In this document: positions 58,656-64,000 of the stretch, one piece after another
How the letters are laid out: each line of letters opens with the position of its first letter
Position numbering within the stretch: the stretch's first letter is position 1
NCBI RefSeq assembly: GCF_009914755.1
Contig: NC_060929.1
Length of the DNA: 64,000 bases
From: the human T2T-CHM13v2.0 reference genome, Homo sapiens
Reading direction: 5' to 3' (one strand)
Program-made: the position numbers and the translations under genes
The notes under the pieces: model-generated
Told to the model about the DNA's origin: nothing
What the model saw: the letters and a program-made list of their open reading frames with translations, nothing else
Databases searched by the model: none

Positions 58656-61600
58656 CCAAGATAAGTTACAGCTGGGCCTGTAATAAGGATATCAGGGAAT
58701 GGGGCAAGTTAGGTTAAACTGGCTCTAAAATTTTCAAGAATTCATTTTAGTAATACCCTGATACTGGGTAGTGAGCAGTATTGGTCTAGCTCTGGAGATT
58801 CCAAGTTTTTACATCACTACTTGATATGAGAATCTAATAGTAAAAAACATATATACATTACATGCAATTATTTGCATACCTGTTCAGAGAGTTATAAGAT
58901 TTCTTTGAACCATATTCAGAGACTGGCTTTGTGACTGTGGCTCTTCGATGATCCTTGTAGTTAATGCCATCATGCAGATAGGTCACCAATCTTTCCTAAA
59001 TGGCTGAACCTGCCAATCAGAAGAGAAAATTTTAGAAAATTGGTCAAGGCATAAATTGGCTTAATGCAGTTTGCTCTGGAAATGATATCTCTCTGTGATA
59101 ACTCGGTGTTGGTATAGTTCTAATAAAAGTGTTTATAGACACAAAACATCCTTGGGATCAAAATGACCTGTACTCCAGGTGCTTAAAAAATGTCTGTTGA
59201 ACTGAAAAGATAATAATGGGCTTCCCATGTAGACTTTCCTATAAGGGAAGACAGTGTTTGCTACCTATTATAAGTTTCTACCCCTTTAATAGTCGAGAGT
59301 CTCATTACAAATGAGCAAATTAGTATTCTAGTTTACACATTGGCCTCTTGTGCATTGGATTGAGACAAACCTAGTCCCCTGAGTGTGATCAACCCTGGGC
59401 ACCTTGACAAAATAAAGTTTCTGGACTTGCAAAACTGAAGAATGAGCCTTGGATAATGTGACTTAAGAGGCAATGTCATCCTGAGGCCAGCCTGAGCAGC
59501 CCAGCTGGCCTCTCCCCATGACATTTCTAGCTCAGTTGTTTAGAATAGTGACTCTATTTAGATCAATTCACTTCCTGCAATAAAAATATTTGAGATTATG
59601 ATGGGGATCATTAGCAAAACGTTGTTGTAATCATAGTTAATGCAAAAGGACTGAGGAATTTATATTAGATCATAGTGAGTTAATAAAATGCACTGGTTGA
59701 AAATGTCTCCTAATTCTAGAGTCTAGCATGGAGAGTTACTAATAGTGTACAATTTGTGCCTGTTTGTGGGTGGTGGCCTAGTAACAGACTGTTCCATTTC
59801 AAGGCTAAAGCTAATGAGTACTACAATGCTTGTGCTGAAACAAAATGAAGCAAAGTAAACTCTGCTTTTTTTTTTTGGTCTGTTTTGTTTGTATTACATT
59901 ATACGTCACTGCTTCTTATGTTATACCAGGGCTTCACATTTCTGAGTGTCTCATTCTTTTTGTTCATAGATAGACTCGTAGACTTTTCCCATGATTCTGA
60001 AGAGTTAGACATAATAATCAGTAAAAACAGATTTTTGCCAATATGACAAGCATTCTAGTAACGACTGATTATTCTTTTGTTTCTGTTCACCTACAAAAAG
60101 AACTGTGCACTAACTTGTTCAACAAAATGTCATTTGTTGCCATATTTTACCGAAGAAAAGGATTTTCTGGCTCTTTAGAATTTAATGGGTTCTTCTTATG
60201 ATTTGTCAGTTTCTATGGTGGTAAACCAAAGTATATAAAAGAAAAGTCACAGTCTAAACATGACACATCCCTTAATTTTACCCGGTGGTAATTAATCCTT
60301 ATTTTTATATTAAATCAATAAGGATACACTATGACTTAAAGGCAAAAAACCTTGGCAAGATTTTGAAGAAATCTGGGCTTGCACTGCACTATTTACGTTG
60401 CAGCCTGAATGAGATTTTAGGGATGGGAATAGTGGAGGCTTTTTTCAGGTATCTCTAACTTAGTGGAGAAGTTTGAAAAGCTCTGCTTGCCACTGAAATT
60501 AGTCCAGAAGGATCTTTGCTTGGCTGTCCGTACTTATCACATCACTGAGAAAGGTCTAAGTGTCTTTTAATGTAGATGGAGAGTGTCCTTGTCCTACCCA
60601 GGTCCTAGAACTGGAGGGAGCTGGTAACACAAGAACATGCTGAAGATGAACATTGAAAACACTCCTTCATTAGCAGAAACAGAATGGGCCTTGTCGGAGT
60701 TGTGACAGTTACTGACTGGGCAGGGGGTTTGGATCTGGCTAAATATAGCCAGGGGAAAGAAACTAGTAGTATAGCTGGAAAGATGGTAATGATTACACAA
60801 ATGCATATGTTTTAATTTGAAGGTAAAAGAGGAGAGAATATCAATCAGAGATATTACTGAGGTCCCAGCTTAATATTTTAAATATTTAAGGAGCTCTAAA
60901 GAGGAATATCTGATTCTACTGAGAGCATTAAAAAAAAAAAAAAAGGAACATGAAGATCAGAATAAGTAAGAATGTGTCCAAGGGAATCTCAGGAGAGAGT
61001 AATCAGCAGGAAAAAAACAGAAAGTGAAAAAATGTCTGTAAGATAAGCCAAAATTGTTAAATGTTTCAGCTAGGTGATCTATTAGAATGCCAAAAGGACT
61101 ATTCATGAGGGGTAGAACTGCCAACCTAATATATAATGGCATTAGCAGGGCTTTTCTCAAAAAAGGAAAAATCTCTAAGAAAATTTTGATTACTATTAAC
61201 TGTAAAATCATTTTTAACTGTAGACAGGATTATAGAGTGAGAAGTGAAAAGTTATAAACAAGTTGAGAAAAATGAGGACCAAATGTATTGTGTGAGGGCA
61301 GATGAGGTCAGGGGAAATGATCTGTGATAGCTTCTGAATAAAAAAGGAGAACATTTCTAAGCATATTTGTAAAACGTGCCAGCTGGGATAGTACCCAATG
61401 GATGGCCATAGCAGAGATGCATGTAAACAACACAGCAAGCAAAGGGAGTGCAGGAGATGGGGAAGGCTTTTAGTACAGTTAAAACATGAGCCAAATTATA
61501 GCAATACTGAACAAAATCTATTTTTTAATATATTAGAGTTTGTTGGAAAGAAGATATACCAGCAAAGTATTATACCACTTAACTCTAACATACTGTATTT

Positions 61601-61734
61601 CTGTATGATTACAAATGGAAAACTTCCAAAAAATTATGCATAACTGCATAATACACAATCAATGGTGCTTGATAATAATACTTGTATTTATTTATATACA
61701 TCCCTGGGGGTGGTATTTTATAATGTAAAAGAGG

Positions 61735-62018
61735 TTTTTTTTTTGAGATGGAGTCTCGCTCTGTCACCTGGGCTGCAGTTCAGTGGCGTGACCTCGGCTC
61801 ACGCAACCTCCGCCTCCTGGGTTCAAGCAATTCTCCTGCCTCAGCCTCCCAAGTAGCTGGGACTACAGGCTCCCGCCACCATGCCCGGCTAATTTTTGTA
61901 TTTTTAGTAGAGGCAGGGTTTCACCTTGTTGGCCAGGCTGGTCTTGAACTCCTGTTGATCCTCCCACCTCGGCTTCCCAAAGTGCTGGGATTATAGGCGT
62001 GAGCCACTGCGCCCAGCC
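61735..62018 (-). mobile_element. AluS
   Basis: Antisense dimer with TSD taaaagag. Confidence 0.93.
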
Positions 62019-62331
62019 TAAAAGAGTCTTATCGCTTTTCAAGAGCTAAATAACAGAGCAGGCATATTAAAGGCCAGATTACCAGATTTCTTTGGAGTTC
62101 AACCCTTCGAAAAATACTAGTAGAAACAGGGAGTTCTGATTCAAAGAAACATATGTTCTGCTATTTTTAAGTAATATTTTAACTGTAAAACCAAACAGTT
62201 GTTTTAAAAACATCACTGAGCACAATGATAGAGGTGGGTGGATAACAGAAATTCAAACAAAGAAACAAACATAGACATTTTCTGAAAGAGTTTAGGATAG
62301 CTGGATTTCACATGTACATAACATTCTAGAT

Positions 62332-62549
62332 CAGGGCTTCCCTGGGCCACACTGGAAGAAAAAGAATTGTCTTGGGCCACACATAAACTACACTAACACC
62401 AACGATAGCTGATGAACTTAAAAAAAAAAAGATAGCAAAAAAATAAAAATCTCATAATGTTTTAAGAAAGTTCAAAAATTTGTGTTGGGCCACATTCAAA
62501 GCCATCCTGGGCCACATGCGGCCCTTAGGCCACAGGTTGGACAAGCTTA
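62332..62549 (+). mobile_element. MER30 (hAT MITE)
   Basis: cttccctgggccacactggaagaa...ggttggacaagctt, with 8-bp TSD (t/c)tctagat. Confidence 0.85.
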
Positions 62550-63749
62550 CTCTAGATTCTCACTTGGACTTCTGCAAACACAACTGAGATTACAGCCTTG
62601 CAATTTAAAAGAAATTGACAATTTAGAAGAAGACTGTAGTCTCCTTCTCTGGGAAGAATGACCCAGGGAATAAAATGAGTAAAGTCAGCTTTGCTGAAGA
62701 CTGACTAAATGGTTATTGGCTTTGGTGAATGACTTTGCTTAGTTACTCTCATGAAGTACGTGCAAACTCTTGTTGTTTTTTGTTTGTTTGTTTGTTTTTT
62801 TAAAAAGCTAATCTTGAATTTTATAAATTTTGTGTAAATTTGCACACTTTATCTCCCATTAGATTAGTTAAAACAATACAAATACATTTTTCACAGAGCT
62901 GATTTCTAGGCAAGTGAGTCTGCAGCTTATCTGTGTTGCTTTTCCCTATCTCTCCTTTACTTCCTGTCTCGCAGCCTCCCTTACCACAGTAGCCAGCCCC
63001 AGTGCTGTGTTCTGCATCCTGGCAGTCCCAGCTTCACTGTGCTGTCTCTAAGCTTGTCCTCCAGAGCACAGCCCAAAGCACCAGCCAGGAGTCTCTGAAC
63101 TTTTTTGACCGAGCACCCCATCAGGAAAAAATGTGAGCACACTCCCAAGGGCTATAAATTACATGCATATGTTACTAAGAATACAATAAAACACAAACAG
63201 AAAATTTTTAATAGATGAGATAAAGATCAAATCAATCATAGTTTAATGTATTAATGGTGATACGTCATTTGATAACGATACATACATTATGAAATTTTCC
63301 TCTCAAAAGTTATTGTGAATAAAGCTTTACAGGGAGAAGGATAATTGAATATGTCTCATTTTAAAATCTTGGTTTATACTTCATGACACAGCAATACAGT
63401 TATCTGGTTTTATGATTAGTTTATTTAAAGGCTCTCTGAAAAGAACTTAAAAAGATATGTGGAATTTAATGAAGAGCTGCTTCATGACTCTCATTTTTCA
63501 GTCCCATTATGCAAAGGTTTTTGTTGATATTTGATGAATATATTTCCCGCTTGCAAAATGTTACTCATCTGTTTCTGAAACTAATCAGAAGTGTAATACA
63601 TTTTTACATGTTTAACACATAGTTTCAGAACTGACTGAAATTATATTTGGAAAATGTTTGGGGAGTTAGAAAATTCTATAAGATAGAAGAGTTTTTGTAG
63701 GTTACATGCATTGTTTTCAATCACAAACATTACATAATGAAGGAGTTAG

Positions 63750-64000
63750 TTTCAAACACTGGGTAAGGGCACAGACCCTGGGGCCAATTGTCTGAATTGG
63801 AATCCCAGCTCCTCTACTCCCTACTTGGGTAGCTGGGATTACAAGCTCCCACCACCACGCCCGGCTAATTTTTGTATTTTTAGTAGAGACGGGGTTTCAA
63901 CATGTTGGCCAGGCTGGTTTCGAACGCCTGACCACAGGTAATCCACAAGTTTCTTGCCTCTTTTTTCAGGTGGCCAAGTTTCTTAACCTCTTTGTGCCCC
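63750..64000 (+). mobile_element. MIR interrupted by an internal antisense Alu fragment (~63826-63946)
   Basis: gaatcccagctcctctact | Alu middle | caagtttcttaacctctttgtgcc. Confidence 0.7.

Overview
This is primate, almost certainly human, genomic DNA dominated by repeats (Alu, L1, L2, MIR, MaLR/ERVL LTRs, hAT transposons). The minus strand carries four coding exons of SPATA9 (spermatogenesis-associated 9): 22097-22037, 21859-21771, 14883-14656 and 3294-3199. They splice GT-AG into a continuous 158-codon frame, and the last exon lies left of the window. About 24 kb upstream, in the same orientation, is a 5'-truncated, internally deleted HERV-T/HERV-S71 provirus (46576-~51315) with a 3' LTR6B-type LTR. 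Its gag is open for 451 codons (MA-p12-CA, no NC), and the ATG appears to come from the truncation junction. Its pol and env are fragmented, although an N-terminal signal peptide plus SU stretch of 176 aa is still open. The provirus is bracketed by an ~850-bp direct duplication with a 7,071-bp offset. The second copy was pasted into an old L1, and identity steps from 99.4% down to about 93%, suggesting gene conversion and a possible substrate for recombination. Gene and repeat-subfamily names come from recognising the sequence without tools, so subfamily labels and old-repeat boundaries are approximate. No prokaryotic-type system such as CRISPR is present.
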